DNA of 64,000 nucleotides from Eledone cirrhosa (GCA_964016885.1 OZ024740.1:249736001-249800000); one strand, 5' to 3'. Shown: positions 1 through 13,790, counted from the stretch's first letter. Program-made: numbers and translations. Notes: generated by a model from the letters alone, not told the origin.

Positions 1-2304
1 TCGGGAGATTCAGCCTAGGAGAGCGAAATGAGAGAGGAGAGCATCTGGTCACCATGGCGGAGGCGAGACGGCTCTACATCGGAAACAGCCTATTCAGGAA
101 GAAGAAGAGATGGACATGGGTATCGCCAAATTCTGAGCAATGAAACGAGATTGACTACATCTTGGTCGACAAGCGACGCATACTGCAGGATGTCTCTGTC
201 ATAACGCCATTCAACACTGGCAGTGATCATCGTCTGGTGAGGGCGAGGGTCGTCATCGACCGGACGAGGGGGAAGAAGGCGCTGCATTTGGCGTCGAAGG
301 AAGAACGCGTCCGGGTCTTCAACGAGGCGCAGCTGCAGGAAGCCATCATGCAGGAAAACTGGCGTCAAGGAGATGGCATAGACGCTGACTACGACTCACT
401 GATAAGGAAACTGAAGGAGTGCTGAGAAAGGCTAAGGGTGTGTTCCCGAGGGAGTGGAAGGGAAGAGTCTCGGAGGAAACTATGAAGTTGCTTGAGAAGA
501 GGAAGAATATGAAGTGGACACCTGAAGATCACCTCGAATATTCCCTTCTCAGCAGAGTGATACATCAACAACTGAAGAGAGACTTCGAGGCATACCGGAT
601 GGAGAAGCTCCTGAAGGCCGCAAAGGAAAAGAAGAGCCTCAAGAAATGCGAGAGGGACATGACAATGTACAGATCGGAGGTGACGACCCTGAAAAACACA
701 GCTGGAGTACCGGTCAGCGACAAGAGTGAGGTGGAAAAGGTTTGCCAAGACTTCTACACCAAGCTCTTCAAGTCTGCTGGGAATGTGCAGCCGTTGCCGT
801 CACTCCAACAGGAAGAAAATGTGCCACCCATCCTTGTCGGTGAGGTCAAAAGAGCCGTTGGCTTGATGAAAAGCGGAAAGGCGCCAGAGAAAGATGGCAT
901 AACATCGGAGGTGTTGAAGTCAGGCCGAGAGCAGCTCTGGAAAATCCTCGCCGAGCGATTCACACACTATCTGGATGAGGGAAGGATACCCTCACAGTGG
1001 AAAGAATCGAATACAATCCTACTATACAAGAAGGGCGATAGAGAAGATCTGAAGAACTACCGACCCATATGCCAGCTGTCTGACGTGTACAAGCTGTTCA
1101 CGAAGATAATCCTGAACAGGTTATCACGTCATCTGGACGAACAGCAACCCAGAGAGCAAGCCAGCTTCCGGAAAAACTACAGCATGATGGACCATATATT
1201 ACTCTGACACAACTGCTTGAGCGAGCAAAGGAGTAAAAGATGCCTCTTTGCGTCGCGTTCGTAGAGTACGAGAAGGCTTTCGACAGCGTCGAAATCAACG
1301 CAGTGCTGAACTCGCTGCAGAGGCAAGGAGTCGAGGTGCAATACGTTCAACTGCTCAGGGAGGCGAGTTCCGGATGCACCACTGACATATCTCTGCTGTC
1401 ATCACCCGCACGAGTGACGGTCGAGAAGGGAGTGAAGCAAGGAGATACGATCTCTCCAAAACTTTTCACTGCGTGTCTCGAGCAGATCATCAGAGGCATT
1501 GACTGGCAAGGCGGTGTCAACATCAATGGCGAGATATTTGCCCACCTCCGTTTCGCTAATGACATCGTACTCATCGCTGAAACCACGGATCAGCTTCAGA
1601 CCATGCTGACGGAGCTCGACATCAAAAGCTCTGCAGTAGGCCTCAAGATGAACCGCATGAAAACGAAGTTCATGCGGTCCGACAATGTACCAACAGGTTT
1701 AATGGTGGTTGGCAGCGATGAAATAGAGGAGGTGGAGGAATACGTCTACCTGGGACAAGAAGTGAACATGCGCCGAGACATTGAGAGGGAGATCTCGCAG
1801 AGAGTAAGGGCCGGCTGGAAGGCGTTCAACGGCATAAGGGATGTGCTCAAGGGGAGGTTGGACAAGACCACCCGCGCCAACCTCTTCAATAGCACAGTTT
1901 TAACTGCAATGTTATATGGCAGTGAAACTTGGGCTACAACGAAGAGAGAAGAGCAGAGGCTGGTAACGGCTCAAAGAGCCATGGAGAGATCAATGCTAGG
2001 AATCTCGTTGAGAGAGCACATCAGGAGCGAAGTCATCAGACAGACGTCCGGCGTGAGGGACGTCATCACGGAATATATGCGCAGCAAGTTCAGATGGGCT
2101 GGACACGTCGCCCGGTTCACCGATAATTGGTGAACCCGCGCAAGTGGAAACGACCACTCGGAAGGCCTCCACGAAGGTGGAGTTAGGATTTTAGGAATAC
2201 GATTGGGATGAGGAAAGCACAATCCAGAGAGGAATGGGCGGCGTTCTGTGACCAGCGACGCCGAATGGACGCCCGACAGACTGGTCGGTCAAGGTGATCA
2301 AGGG
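1..2304 (+). mobile_element. RTE-clade LINE, disrupted (APE C-terminus + RT); runs off the window start
   Basis: ORFs 162-425 (IDYIL..SDHR APE end), 419-1207 (KAPEKDG, NYRPI), 1240-2133 (EKAFDSV, GVKQGDTISP, RFAND with mutated catalytic D, YVYLG, WAGHVAR); frameshifts and a stop; ends at a TA/CA microsatellite. Confidence 0.92.
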
Positions 2305-2347
2305 GATATACATATACACATACATATACACACACATATATACACTT

Positions 2348-2407
<60 letters not shown>

Positions 2408-2628
2408 GGATTAACAAATAATAGTTAAATGCAGTCCACTTAGGTGAAGTCCAGTTATGGTATTCCAGGTAGTGGATGATATTAACGCTTGGCTTGGTTT
2501 GACTCAACAAGGCGTTTTCATAGTGATGCTGCGGGTATGCTGTAATTCCTATGTTGTAAACACTTGGAGTAATAATAAATCAGGAAAGAAAGTTTACATG
2601 GTTTGCTATACAAAAAAGTTTTTAATCA

Positions 2629-2741
2629 CATAGCTTACATTTGTTTCACTGAACTGGTATGTCTAGAGATCGCTATCCGCCTAATTTTGCGTCACTCGAT
2701 CGCCAATACAGAATTATAACCAGTCAGATCTTCGGAGCATG
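2629..2741 (-). ncRNA. Hammerhead ribozyme (family A, long stem II) in inverted pLTR copy 2407-2856
   Basis: Reverse complement of 5145-5257: catgct-CCGAAGA-long stem II-GAAA-caaatg-TA-agctatg. Confidence 0.75.
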
Positions 2742-2856
2742 CGAGAATGAAGAAAATACACAGGCAAGAAAAGAAAAGAAAATATGGAGTAGTTATGGCA
2801 TTCAATTAGAACAATAACAACAACAATTATTACAACAATGCTATCAATAAACTATT

Positions 2857-4371
2857 ATAATAGCGGCTAGAAGGACTATCGTAAAATTTGAAAATAACTA
2901 CTGGGTAAGAAAGGATAGAATAAATAGCTTCGATATTACAATGGGATCAAATGATTCTGCGCAAATTACAGATATTGTGGGGCTATTCATAGCACACAAC
3001 CTACATAAGGAATTCAGTAATCTCCAAGGAAGAATTTATAGGGACGACACGTTACTTATAGCTAGGAACCTAAACAACCAGAGCATGGAAAGACTAAGGA
3101 AAAATATTAGAATATTCTTCAAAAAACTATGCCTAAGTATTACCTACGAACTAAACCATAAGAAGGTAAATTTTCTAGATGTAACTCTAAATCTAAATAC
3201 TGGATTAATAGAACCTTTCCACAAAAATAATGAAAATCTTGCCTACATTAGTTACAACTCAAATCACCCCAAATCCATAATTAAATCCATAGCACGTAGT
3301 ATATTCCTCCGAATATCCCGCCTATCCTCAAACCTAGAAATCTTTAACGAGCATGCTGACTATTATAATGCAGCATTAAGTAGGGCCGGTCATAAAGATA
3401 AACTACAGTATATAGTGAATAAGGACAACATAAACAATCCTAGTAATTTCTACTCCAACCGCTCACATAATAATAGGAATAGCTTGACTAGACATAGGGT
3501 TAGACATGTAACACCTAGAGTAAACGGCCAAAACACTAATAACGTAAACCCTAGAAACAATAGAAGAAACAGACAAAGAAAATACCTATGGTTCAACCCA
3601 ATATTCAACTCCTCTATAAAAACTAGACTGCCCTCTACATTCTTTAAACTAATAGATAAACACTTCCCTATCTCGCATAGATATCACAAAATACTCAATA
3701 GATCTACTATAAAACTCTCTTTCTCAACAGCAGCTAACATAGAATCACACATACGCAAGATCAACCACAGAAATATCTCAAGTAAATCAATTGCACCTAT
3801 ACATAAGCACAAACTCATCACAACATCACAACCACAAGCGCATACAAACGCGCAGCAGCAAAACCCCATTGGGCATATATCACAACCCACTTATAACAGG
3901 GTACTAAATAGGAATGTAAAAGCTGCACAAAATAGCGCCTCAAACTGCAACTGTCACCTCCCAGATAGGTGCCCATTGGCGAACAGATGTCTCGATTCGA
4001 GCCTGGTGTACATGTGCACTGTCATCTCGGGTAACTCCACCTGGAATTACATAGGATCCACCGCGGGTTCTTTTAAGAAAAGATGGTATGTGCACAGGCA
4101 CTCAATGAAAAACCGAGCACTTATGGGTTCCACCACCCTCGCCAGAAACATATGGGAATTGAAGGACAGCAACGCTAGCTACACTATCAACTGGTCGAAG
4201 TTGTCGGCTGCTAAAACCTATAGTACAGGGATGTCCTATTGCGGGCTGTGTGATCTTGAGCTATTGTATATCCTTAGAAATGTTAAAAGGCTACTTAATA
4301 ATAAGTTAGAAAGATCTATCTTCTGCAGACATAGAATAGCCACTAAATTCATAAGATTCAAACCTCTGTGA
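2857..4371 (+). CDS. Penelope-like element (Naiad-type) RT + GIY-YIG endonuclease, 5'-truncated
   Basis: Frame open from 2857; FDITMGSNDSAQ, YRDD, VNFLDVTL, SNHP, WFNP, CNCxxxxxCPL, VY..YIGST..FKKRW..H, CGLC..E. Confidence 0.9.
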   Translation: MIAARRTIVKFENNYWVRKDRINSFDITMGSNDSAQITDIVGLFIAHNLHKEFSNLQGRIYRDDTLLIARNLNNQSMERLRKNIRIFFKKLCLSITYELNHKKVNFLDVTLNLNTGLIEPFHKNNENLAYISYNSNHPKSIIKSIARSIFLRISRLSSNLEIFNEHADYYNAALSRAGHKDKLQYIVNKDNINNPSNFYSNRSHNNRNSLTRHRVRHVTPRVNGQNTNNVNPRNNRRNRQRKYLWFNPIFNSSIKTRLPSTFFKLIDKHFPISHRYHKILNRSTIKLSFSTAANIESHIRKINHRNISSKSIAPIHKHKLITTSQPQAHTNAQQQNPIGHISQPTYNRVLNRNVKAAQNSASNCNCHLPDRCPLANRCLDSSLVYMCTVISGNSTWNYIGSTAGSFKKRWYVHRHSMKNRALMGSTTLARNIWELKDSNASYTINWSKLSAAKTYSTGMSYCGLCDLELLYILRNVKRLLNNKLERSIFCRHRIATKFIRFKPL

Positions 4372-5144
4372 ATCGAACCAACATAACATAGCTTTAAATT
4401 AGGATACATACTACCCACAGAAATATATTCATTAAGTATACTATTTCCTTCACAAGTCTATACCACACAATTGTCTGTTCATATATATATATATATAAAT
4501 CAGGAAAGAAGGTTGACAATTGTTTCTCTGAACAGCTGAGAAGGAGTAAGATTGTCTACCAACAATCTTACTCCTTCTCAGCTGCTGCAATCATTTGATC
4601 CTAGATCCTAATTTTTCTCATTTCACTACTACAATGTTACTTTACCTTCTTTTTGCCATAATTACAATTAGCACGCTTTTCTCTTTGCATGTATGTATAT
4701 TTTTGTACGAGTGTATATTGATGTGTATGTATGTGTCTATGTACACATATATGTGTATATATATTTATATATATGTGTGTGTGTGCGTAGATATATGCGT
4801 ATATTAATTCGTTAACCTCTGTATTAACTCTACAACTATTGAGCTTTGACAGTGGTCCCACTCATGTATACTGTTGAAGATGAAGAGAAAGAGTGTAAAA
4901 ACTAGCTTATCTTTATAATTTAAAATTGATACACACTACGATACTTTTTGCCTTATGACAGCTGGTTTTCACGCCGTAACATTAGATACATTATATACCC
5001 CCCACCTAAGTAATGTCAGGGTCTCCTTAAATAGTTTATTGATAGCATTGTTGTAATAATTGTTGTTGTTATTGTTCTAATTGAATGCCATAACTACTCC
5101 ATATTTTCTTTTCTTTTCTTGCCTGTGTATTTTCTTCATTCTCG

Positions 5145-5257
5145 CATGCTCCGAAGATCTGACTGGTTATAATTCTGTATTGGCGATCGAGTGACGCAAA
5201 ATTAGGCGGATAGCGATCTCTAGACATACCAGTTCAGTGAAACAAATGTAAGCTATG
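5145..5257 (+). ncRNA. Type I hammerhead ribozyme (family A)
   Basis: Stem I catgct/agc(t)atg; core CCGAAGA..GAAA; stem II base ctga-ctggt/accag-ttcag; stem III A-caaatg-T; GUA site. Confidence 0.75.
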
Positions 5258-5302
5258 TGATTAAAAACTTTTTTGTATAGCAAACCATGTAAACTTTCTT
5301 TC

Positions 5303-5352
<50 letters not shown>

Positions 5353-5600
5353 GAAAGAAGGTTGACATGGTTTGCTATACAAAAAAGGTTTTTAATCTCA
5401 TAGCTGACAATTGTTTCTCTGAACTGGTAGGTCTAGTGATCGCTATTCGCTTATTTTCGCGTTACTCGATCCTAAATCCTAGTTTTTCTCAAATCACTAC
5501 TACAATGTAACTTTACCTTCCTTTTGCCATAATTTTGCATGTATGTATATTTTTGTACGAGTGTATATTGATGTGTATGTATGTGTCTATGTACACATGC

Positions 5601-5708
<108 letters not shown>

Positions 5709-6070
5709 TACTTCGTTAACCTCTGTATTAACTCAACAACTACTTAGCTTTGACAGTGTTGTCCCACTCATGTATACTATTGAAGATGAAGAGAAAGACT
5801 GTAAATACTAGCTTATCTTTATAATTTAAAATTGATATACACTTCGATACTCTGTACATGCCAAACTCTTAATTTTGCCCCACGACAGCTAGTTTTACAC
5901 GCCGTAACGTTAGATACATTATACCCCACACCTAAGTAATGTCAGGGTCTCCTTAAATAATTTATTAATAGCATTGTTGTAATTGTTGTTATTGTTCTAA
6001 TTGAATGCCATTACTACTTCATATAGTAGCCTGTATATTCTTTCTTGCCTGTGTATTTTCTTCATTCTCG

Positions 6071-6183
6071 CATGCTCCGAAGATCTGACTGGTTATAATT
6101 TTGTATTGGCGATCGAGTAACGCGAAAATAAGCGAATAGCGATCTCTAGACCTACCAGTTCAGCGAAACAATTGTCAGCTATG
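6071..6183 (+). ncRNA. Type I hammerhead ribozyme (family A)
   Basis: catgct CCGAAGA ..81 nt.. GAAA caattg TC agctatg; palindromic stem III, GUC site. Confidence 0.82.
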
Positions 6184-6782
6184 AGATTAAAAACCCTTTT
6201 TGTATAGCAAACCATGTCAACCTTCTTTCCTGATTTATTATTACTCCAAGTGTTTACAACATAGGAATTACGGCATACCCGCAGCATCACTATGAAAACG
6301 CCTTGTTGAGTCAAACCAAGCCAAGCGTTAATATCATCCACTACCTGGAATACCATAACTGGACTTTACCTAAGTGGACTGCATTTAACTATTATTTGTT
6401 ACCCCGTATATATATATATACACGCACACATAGATACACACACACGCACATATATATATATATAAACATATATACACGCACACATGCTCATAAAAACATT
6501 TATACATATATACATATACCTACACCCACACATACATACACATATATATACACATACACATATATACTCGCATATACATATATACATACACACACATATG
6601 CACACGCATACATATCCATACATTCATACATATATTAATATATACACACACATACATAAACAATTAAGACATAACTGCGTATCTAATACTCACACATATA
6701 TACGTATGCATATTCACATACATACACATGTGAAAATATATACACATACACACCCGCACACCAATACACCCACATACACTAG

Positions 6783-6899
<117 letters not shown>

Positions 6900-7034
6900 A
6901 TAAGGAGTTGACGGACCCAGCATATTTATCAATGCCAGGACCGGTTGTATCTCAGTGTACTCAATAGCCAATGTAAGATACATTCCCAGATTATACACAT
7001 AGTTATTCGCTTCAATACAACACACGTAATAGTT

Positions 7035-7145
7035 CCCGGACTCGAGTTTCGGCCACACTTAATGCAGCAGTAGGGTGCACTGCATCCTCTGTTTGCATAT
7101 ATTATGCAACAATGCAAAATCGGCGTATGTGGCTTCATCAGCGGG
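7035..7145 (-). ncRNA. Type I hammerhead ribozyme with branched stem II
   Basis: Minus strand: cccg CTGATGA a-gccacat..gtgtggc-c GAAA ctcgag TC cggg; canonical core; two internal hairpins (tttgcat/atgcaaa, atgcag/ctgcat). Confidence 0.88.
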
Positions 7146-7215
7146 TATTGCCTAATCAATAACCAATCGATTGACAGAATCCATATATATATATAGAGAG
7201 AGAGAGGGAGAGGGA

Positions 7216-7281
<66 letters not shown>

Positions 7282-8639
7282 GGAATTGAAAATAGCACGG
7301 AAAATATATTTAAGGATCTGTTTTTCTTTTTTCTTTTTTGATTCGTCAAAATGACATTATTGAAAAAATGAGAGGGACAATTCTTTTAGAAAAAGAGTTT
7401 TATAATGTATACAAAATATATAAAATATAACCGGTTTCGATGTATCAATGAAATCCATCTTATCAAATGTTGAATATTACAATTTAAAAGTTTTAAAAAG
7501 AATTTAAAATTAGGCAGGTTTGTTCATCTTTCTTGTTGAGAAGAAGACAGGATCTAAAATGGAATAGTAGTAGTGGTGGTAGTTGTGTTTTTTCACACAA
7601 AACAAAATTATTTTTAAGTGGGGACATTTTCTGTAAAATAACAAGTATACTACAGAGCCGAAATACTTTATAAACAATAATCAAAGAGTGTTTAAAACAT
7701 TTAATCACTTACGATCGTTTCATCTTAGCACAAGGACGGATTCATTGGAGTATATTATATAGGTTGAAACACAAATATAATATCAGAAGTTTGTCATAAG
7801 AACATTAGGAGGATACATAATATGGGAAGTAAGCATAAGTATTTATATAAGAAAAGATAGCAAAGGGAGAAGAAGCATATGAAAAATATGAGCATATAAA
7901 TGGAATAAAATCAAATCTAGGAGCTGTTAAAAGCATAAAAAAAACAAAAAAAAACATGCTGCTATAGAAAGGTTAAGTATAGTGCAAGGCATATATCATA
8001 ATTAGTAAATAAATATATATCATAAGCATTACAAAAGTTTATAAAGTTAATAAGAGCAGGTGTGCAGTTCAAATATAAATTTAAATATATAAAAATACAT
8101 CTCCAAAAGATATTTTTAATATATAAAATGTTTGACTGCTTAATTCAGTCATAAAAATGAACTATTATATTTCAAACCATTCAAAGGTAATAATTGTTTC
8201 TACTTTAGGCACAAGGCCAGCAATTACCAGTGCATTACTGGTACTTTATTTGATCGACCCCGTAAAAAGGTAATAATGTTGAATAAGTATACTCAGCAAA
8301 ATAAAGATCAAAGGAATTAATGTTGAGTAAATATAATCAACAAAGTAAAAATCAAATATAGAGAAAGCACCACATATTTGAAAGCACCACATATTTGAAT
8401 AGAAGGGAGAAAGTCATATATGCTTAAGCACAAATAACTCCATCTTAACATAGAGTTTGAAAATTTATTGTTAACTGACGGTTAATACAAATTAAAAATA
8501 CAAGGGAGGTAATTCATATAAGACATTTTATAAGAGAGTTACAAATTATTAAATAGAAAAACAAATATTTATTAAGTCAAGATGTAATTATTTAGAAGAA
8601 TTTATTTAGGGCTAATGATTAAAGAACTAAAAAATAATA

Positions 8640-9254
8640 TGTAACGAATATTTGAGTTGTAACGATAAGTGGATAGATGGAATTGTTGGTATGATGGTTT
8701 CAATGTAAAGAATAATACCAGGATTGTGTTGTTACAAAGTTTATTTTATTATAACAATATTAAATTTGAATATTGAATGATGAAATCTATAACACAAAAT
8801 ATTCGTACAATAATTTGGTGGCTCTTCGAGCCACGTAAATACAAGTATCACACAATACGATTATAAGATAATTTGTATTGTATCAGAAATGGTGCGTGTA
8901 AAAATGCAAACAGTATTAACTTACTATGAATGCGTGTGTGTGTGTCAGTATATTTGCTTGTTTTAGCAGTAGTAGTAATCAGTCAGCCAGGCGGGTGAGA
9001 AATTAGTGACAGACTGGTTTTTCGTGACGCGAGCTTGTAAATGCGACTTGTCTTGTCTGTATATCACTTCTTTTCTAACCGGGCGTAAACAACTCTTGTA
9101 TTTATAAGGGTTGAAGTTAGAAGGATAGACATATCCTCCGACCTTTGGTTAGCATCTCCCAAGGGGTTGGTCTGTCGAGCGTAAACAACTCACCACGGCC
9201 TGTCCCAGAGGAGGGAAAGCTCAGATTCGGTTTCGAATCTTCGCCACCGTTATA
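8640..9254 (-). mobile_element. Probable solo LTR
   Basis: Ends TGTAACG...CGTTATA flanked by a 4-bp direct repeat AATA (8636-8639, 9255-9258); TATAAATA and AATAAA in the expected order on the minus strand. Confidence 0.6.
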
Positions 9255-9976
9255 AATATATTGACAAAATACAAATAAAATCATTTACCAATGTATACTA
9301 AACTGGTATGTATTATTAAAAAATTATATACATATGTTAAATAATATTAAAGGATAAAGAACTATATAAGTATTGAAAATATACTACTAAAAAAATAGAG
9401 AGTGAGGCAATGGTTAATATATAGTATGATATAAGCAAAAATAAATTCAAATATAAGTGGGGCTTGTTAAAATTAATAGAATAAAATAATAAAATAATAA
9501 GATGCCTAAATGTGAAGGGGTGGTTATAATAAATTGTAATCATAATTGAAGGGATCAGAAGGAGGATAAGAAGAATTCAATGATACTAATGTTACTAAAC
9601 AAATATGATGTATACATTGGTATAAGTTAGTTGCTAGGTTTAAAATAGTAAAAGAATGGTGGTTAATATGAGGACAAGTGAAACAAATCTTAAATTTCCC
9701 ATTTAATTAATTTAATTTAGAATAAGTAATAGTATGGGACTCAAGAAGGCAATTTATTGGGGGGTTTATAAGAGGAAGTTTTTGCAATCACATTTCAGGT
9801 CAGGGTGTAAGGTGTATTATTACTCTTCAGAAATGATATGAAACTAGATAAAGAGGTTGCATGCTTAAGTTTAGAGTTAAGTATGAAGATGGGAATTAAA
9901 CCTCGTCTTAAAACTATTCGGTGTAGAACCGATATAGGTTTTGGAGTTGGTGGAAGTTATGACAGTACAGGAATAA

Positions 9977-10150
9977 ATAATTGTTTCTACTTTTGGCACA
10001 AGGTCAGCAATTACCCAGTGCATTACTGGTACTTTATTTTATCGACCCCGTAAGGATGAAAGGCAAAGTTAACCTCGGCGGGATTTGAACTCAGAATGGC
10101 AAGGGCCGTAACTCTATGCGTCAAAGTATGGCGTCCAACCCTCTACCGAA
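9977..10150 (-). mobile_element. tRNA-derived SINE
   Basis: Minus-strand box B-like GAGTTCAAATCC; partial copies at 8189-8264, 28899-29110, 43552-43611 and 62517-62610. Confidence 0.75.
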
Positions 10151-10267
10151 TAAATAATATTCTTAACAAGGCAATTCTATGAAGAGGGGATACATTATTA
10201 GGCCTACAATTACAATATTATTATGACAAACTTGTGATATTATATTTGTGTTTCAAACTTTATTATA

Positions 10268-10314
10268 TACTCCGATGAAACCGGCCTTGTGCTAGGATGA
10301 AACGATCGTAAGTG
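10268..10314 (+). ncRNA. Minimal hammerhead ribozyme (U4C core)
   Basis: tact CCGATGA ..20 nt stem II.. GAAA cgatcg TA agtg. Confidence 0.65.
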
Positions 10315-10384
10315 ATTAAATGTTTTAAACACTCTTTGATTGTTACTTATAAAGTATATATATGTATGTATGTATGCATGTATG

Positions 10385-10419
<35 letters not shown>

Positions 10420-11180
10420 ATACTTTGGGAGGGTCATGCTCTCAATAAAAACACACGCACCTGTTATTATTTTTCACTTCAATTTATTATAAGTTTCAAG
10501 TTGGTTGGTTTGATAACCGGAATGTTGTTCAGATATTGCCAAAGCTCTTTCGCCACACATTCTGTGACTTCCTCAGTGACCAGGTTTTTATTTTGTGTCT
10601 CTCCTTTGTTCTGTCCTACGCCATCTTGTTTTTGTGTATTGTGTGTTGTCTGCTTAGTTTGTGCAGGCGTTACATCCGGGTATGTGTGTGTGTCTGTGTT
10701 TATCACTAGTTGGCTGTTTGTTTTATCTGTGTGTGTCAGATTTGTTTTGTTAGTTTGGTTTTTGTGTGTCTGTATGTCTTCATTTTGTCCTTAATTACTA
10801 GTTGCGATGTTGCTATTCCACTCATGTTTTCTGTTTAATTTTGGTTGGAGTTTGTTTATGTTTGTCGCCTCTGTGATTTGCCTGAGCATTGCATCTTTTC
10901 TGTGTGTGGAAATAATTTTTATCCCTATGTTCTCTAATGTACCCCTATGTTCTATTTTGGCATGTTGGTGGAGTACTGATGAGTTTTCCTATCCTGGAGT
11001 TCTCGCCAGTGTTCACTTATCCTATGCTATGAGCTGTTTCACCTATGTATGTTATATCCTTATTCCTACACTGTCCCTCAATACATCTTATGCTATATAC
11101 TACGTTCCTAGTTTTGCAGTTAGTTTGCAGGCTTAGGTTGCAGACTATGCATTTTCTATCAGCACAGGGGGATCTTTGGA

Positions 11181-11183
<3 letters not shown>
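10420..11183 (-). mobile_element. Neptune-type PLE 3' fragment (GIY-YIG + pLTR with HHR at 10538-10580)
   Basis: PCADRKCIVC..NCKTRNVVYSIRC..YIGETA; same family as 38323-40996; HHR gtca CTGAGGA..GAAA gagc TT tggc. Confidence 0.85.
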
Positions 11184-11259
<76 letters not shown>

Positions 11260-11308
11260 AAGATTGAAGAATAACATGGTCGGCTGTACAAAAAGGGTTT
11301 TATTTCAA

Positions 11309-11419
11309 GTATTAACAATTGTTTCATTGATCAGGTGAGTCTAAAGGCCGCTAATCACTCGAAGTTGCGTCACTCGACCTTAAATAGAGTGTTTACCTCT
11401 GATCAAATCATCAGAATAC
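11309..11419 (-). ncRNA. Hammerhead ribozyme (family A-related, long stem II)
   Basis: gtatt CTGATGA t-ttgatcag..ctgatcaa-t GAAA caattg TT aatac. Confidence 0.82.
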
Positions 11420-11420
11420 A

Positions 11421-11516
11421 GTATTCCGATGATTTGATCAGAGGTAAACACTGTATTTAAGGTCGAGTGATTAGCGGCCTTTAGACTCACCTGAGCAATG
11501 AAACAATTGTTAATAC
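11421..11516 (+). ncRNA. Hammerhead ribozyme, mirror copy with internal deletion
   Basis: gtatt CCGATGA..GAAA caattg TT aatac; palindrome 11255-11570 centred on 11420. Confidence 0.72.
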
Positions 11517-11703
11517 TTGAAATAAAACCCTGTTTGTACAGCTGACCATGTTATTCTTCAATGTTTCACTATTATTACTCCAAGAATAACCTGCATAGGA
11601 ATTATCGCGAACTCGCTACCTAACTATGGAAACCTCTTGTTGAGTCAAACAACGCTGTACATTAAAACTCTAACTGGATTACCTATAACGGTAACTTGTT
11701 ATC

Positions 11704-11790
<87 letters not shown>

Positions 11791-11814
11791 TACACACACA
11801 CACACATATATATA

Positions 11815-13790
11815 TTTAAAAGAACTAAAGTATAACTCTAGTCGGGTTCCTTAATTTTATAGTAAAAGGAGTAATGTGTTTTATGTTGACAAAAAGGAAT
11901 TACCTCATTTTTAGCATTTAATATGTTCAAATTTGAGGTCAATATTTCGAATGCCTCAGTTAAACAAAGATTACATTTGGATCTATTTCCCGCATATGGC
12001 CTTGCTGTATTAATTAGAGACCATTTAATATTATATTTAACCTTATCTTCTTTAAGGGACCAGATTAATTTTGCCAGAGAAGTTGTATTTTTCAGCTTCT
12101 TATTTTTAAACGAATGACATAGGATTTAGTTTTGAATTTATTGCCAGTAGCACCTATGTAATTAAAGTAACTATCATCTATCAATAACATTAGTTTTAAG
12201 ACATTTACTCCTAAATGGGAAATTATTAGGAATTCTACAATTACAATTAATCCCAAAAGGCCGACTACTATTATTGCTTATCCTTATGATCTCCACCAAC
12301 AAAAAAGTCACTGGTATACTTTGTTTTACCCCATTCCTTATTGTCAATATCAATTCCAGACACCCTACTATTTATTTGGGTGTTTACATTATTGTTAACA
12401 ATACTACCATTATTCCAAATATCAGTTTCACTAAAATTAAGACTGTGATTATTCCCATGACAAGTGAGTGTTGTATTTGCGATATTAAGAGTGGAAATAC
12501 ATTCAGTAATTGTATTAGTATCAACCATGATGTTGTTGCTATTAGTATTATTAGTGGTACTAATACATATATTATTTCTAGGGGTCCAGTATTAGTTATA
12601 AATCTACCTTAAAGGAATTAAGTTTCATTTTATTATTCATTACTATGTAATCCGCCAAATTAGGGGTTGTAGAAAAAGACAGTTTCACATTATTTCTATT
12701 TAGTATCTTAAAATATGTATGGTTGGGAGGAAAATTCCCAACCATACATATTTCACTATATCAAAAATAACTTAAGTATATTAGAAGCGACCTGAATACC
12801 GAATGGAGGATTATACCAGATGCATTTTTCCTTCTTAATTTATGTGTCTCATTATAACTACTCAATTTAATCAGTATATCATTTATATTACTACCTACTT
12901 TATCAATTAAATTTAGTTTAAAGTTGTCATTTGTAAGGTTAATAGTTGGTTTTAGACGAATTATCAATTTTAGTCATTATCATTCTTATTTTTATTTTTA
13001 TTTCTATTATTATAAAAACAATATGTAGATTTATTGCCATTCCTTGGATATGTACATTTAAAAGTATAGACCTCATTATAAAATTTATTATCAGTAAATT
13101 TATATATATAGATTTTTTAATCATGATCTATGTAAGACCTCATCATAGTAATTAGTATTCTGATTAAAAACATCAAATAGTACCTATTCTATTAGAAATG
13201 TTATTAATTATTGCTTTTTTAATAGATTTAGGGTGGTTAGAATATTTATTTACGCAAAATAGAACCTCACCAGGTTTATGGTATGGTTGGAAGGAATGAT
13301 CATTTAGGTCTAAACTGACATCTAAGAAATCAACAACCTTACCATTATTATCAATTGTAAAGTGTAAATGCTTCTTAACTCTCTCTAAAGCTGAGTAATT
13401 TTCAAAGGTAAGGAGAGCATCGTTGCGGTACAATCCTCCCCTGATAGCTGGAAACTTGGCCTTAAGTTTATCTAGAATAAGTAATCCAACCAGATCAGTT
13501 ACCTGTGCTGAGTCACTAGAACCCATAGTGACATCAAAATTATTCGGGCGATCCATCCTACTCCATAGATCCCTATTAAATTCTATTATAGTTCTTCTAG
13601 CTAGTAAAATTGTATCTATTTCAATTTGAGCAATGTCAGTAAGATCAACAACAAATGACAGAACTTTATCAAGGAGATAGGGAGAAATAGAGGCATAATA
13701 GTTATTTATGTCAAATTTGCAGGAATTTTAGTTTACTACAATTATTTAAGTTTTTAAACCAATTGTAACGTTAGCCCAGAGACTTAATAT
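11815..13790 (-). pseudogene. Decayed Naiad-type PLE (RT + GIY-YIG)
   Basis: KFDINNYYASI (~13700), FDVTMGSSDSAQVTDLVG, GLYRND, VDFLDVSL, SNHP (ORF 13173-13556); CNC and YIGAT near 12150-12250. Confidence 0.85.

Larger units (their letters stand above)
7670..10350 (-). mobile_element. Decayed Naiad-type PLE 3' fragment, with HHR in its 3' pLTR (7706-7752, -) and an inverted pLTR copy at its 5' end (10215-10350)
   Basis: Minus strand ~9700-9960 reads YIGSTPNSFKTRFNSHLH..ATSLS..LKSNN..YKPPNK, similar to ORF 61501-62508; 7670-7800 is the reverse complement of 10220-10350. Confidence 0.7.

Noticed and set aside
7425-7472. Highly decayed HHR-like motifs (also 17765-17815, 49425-49480, 54080-54128, 41493-41643)
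   Set aside because: Two or more core mutations or only half the motif; plausible relics but not listed as features.
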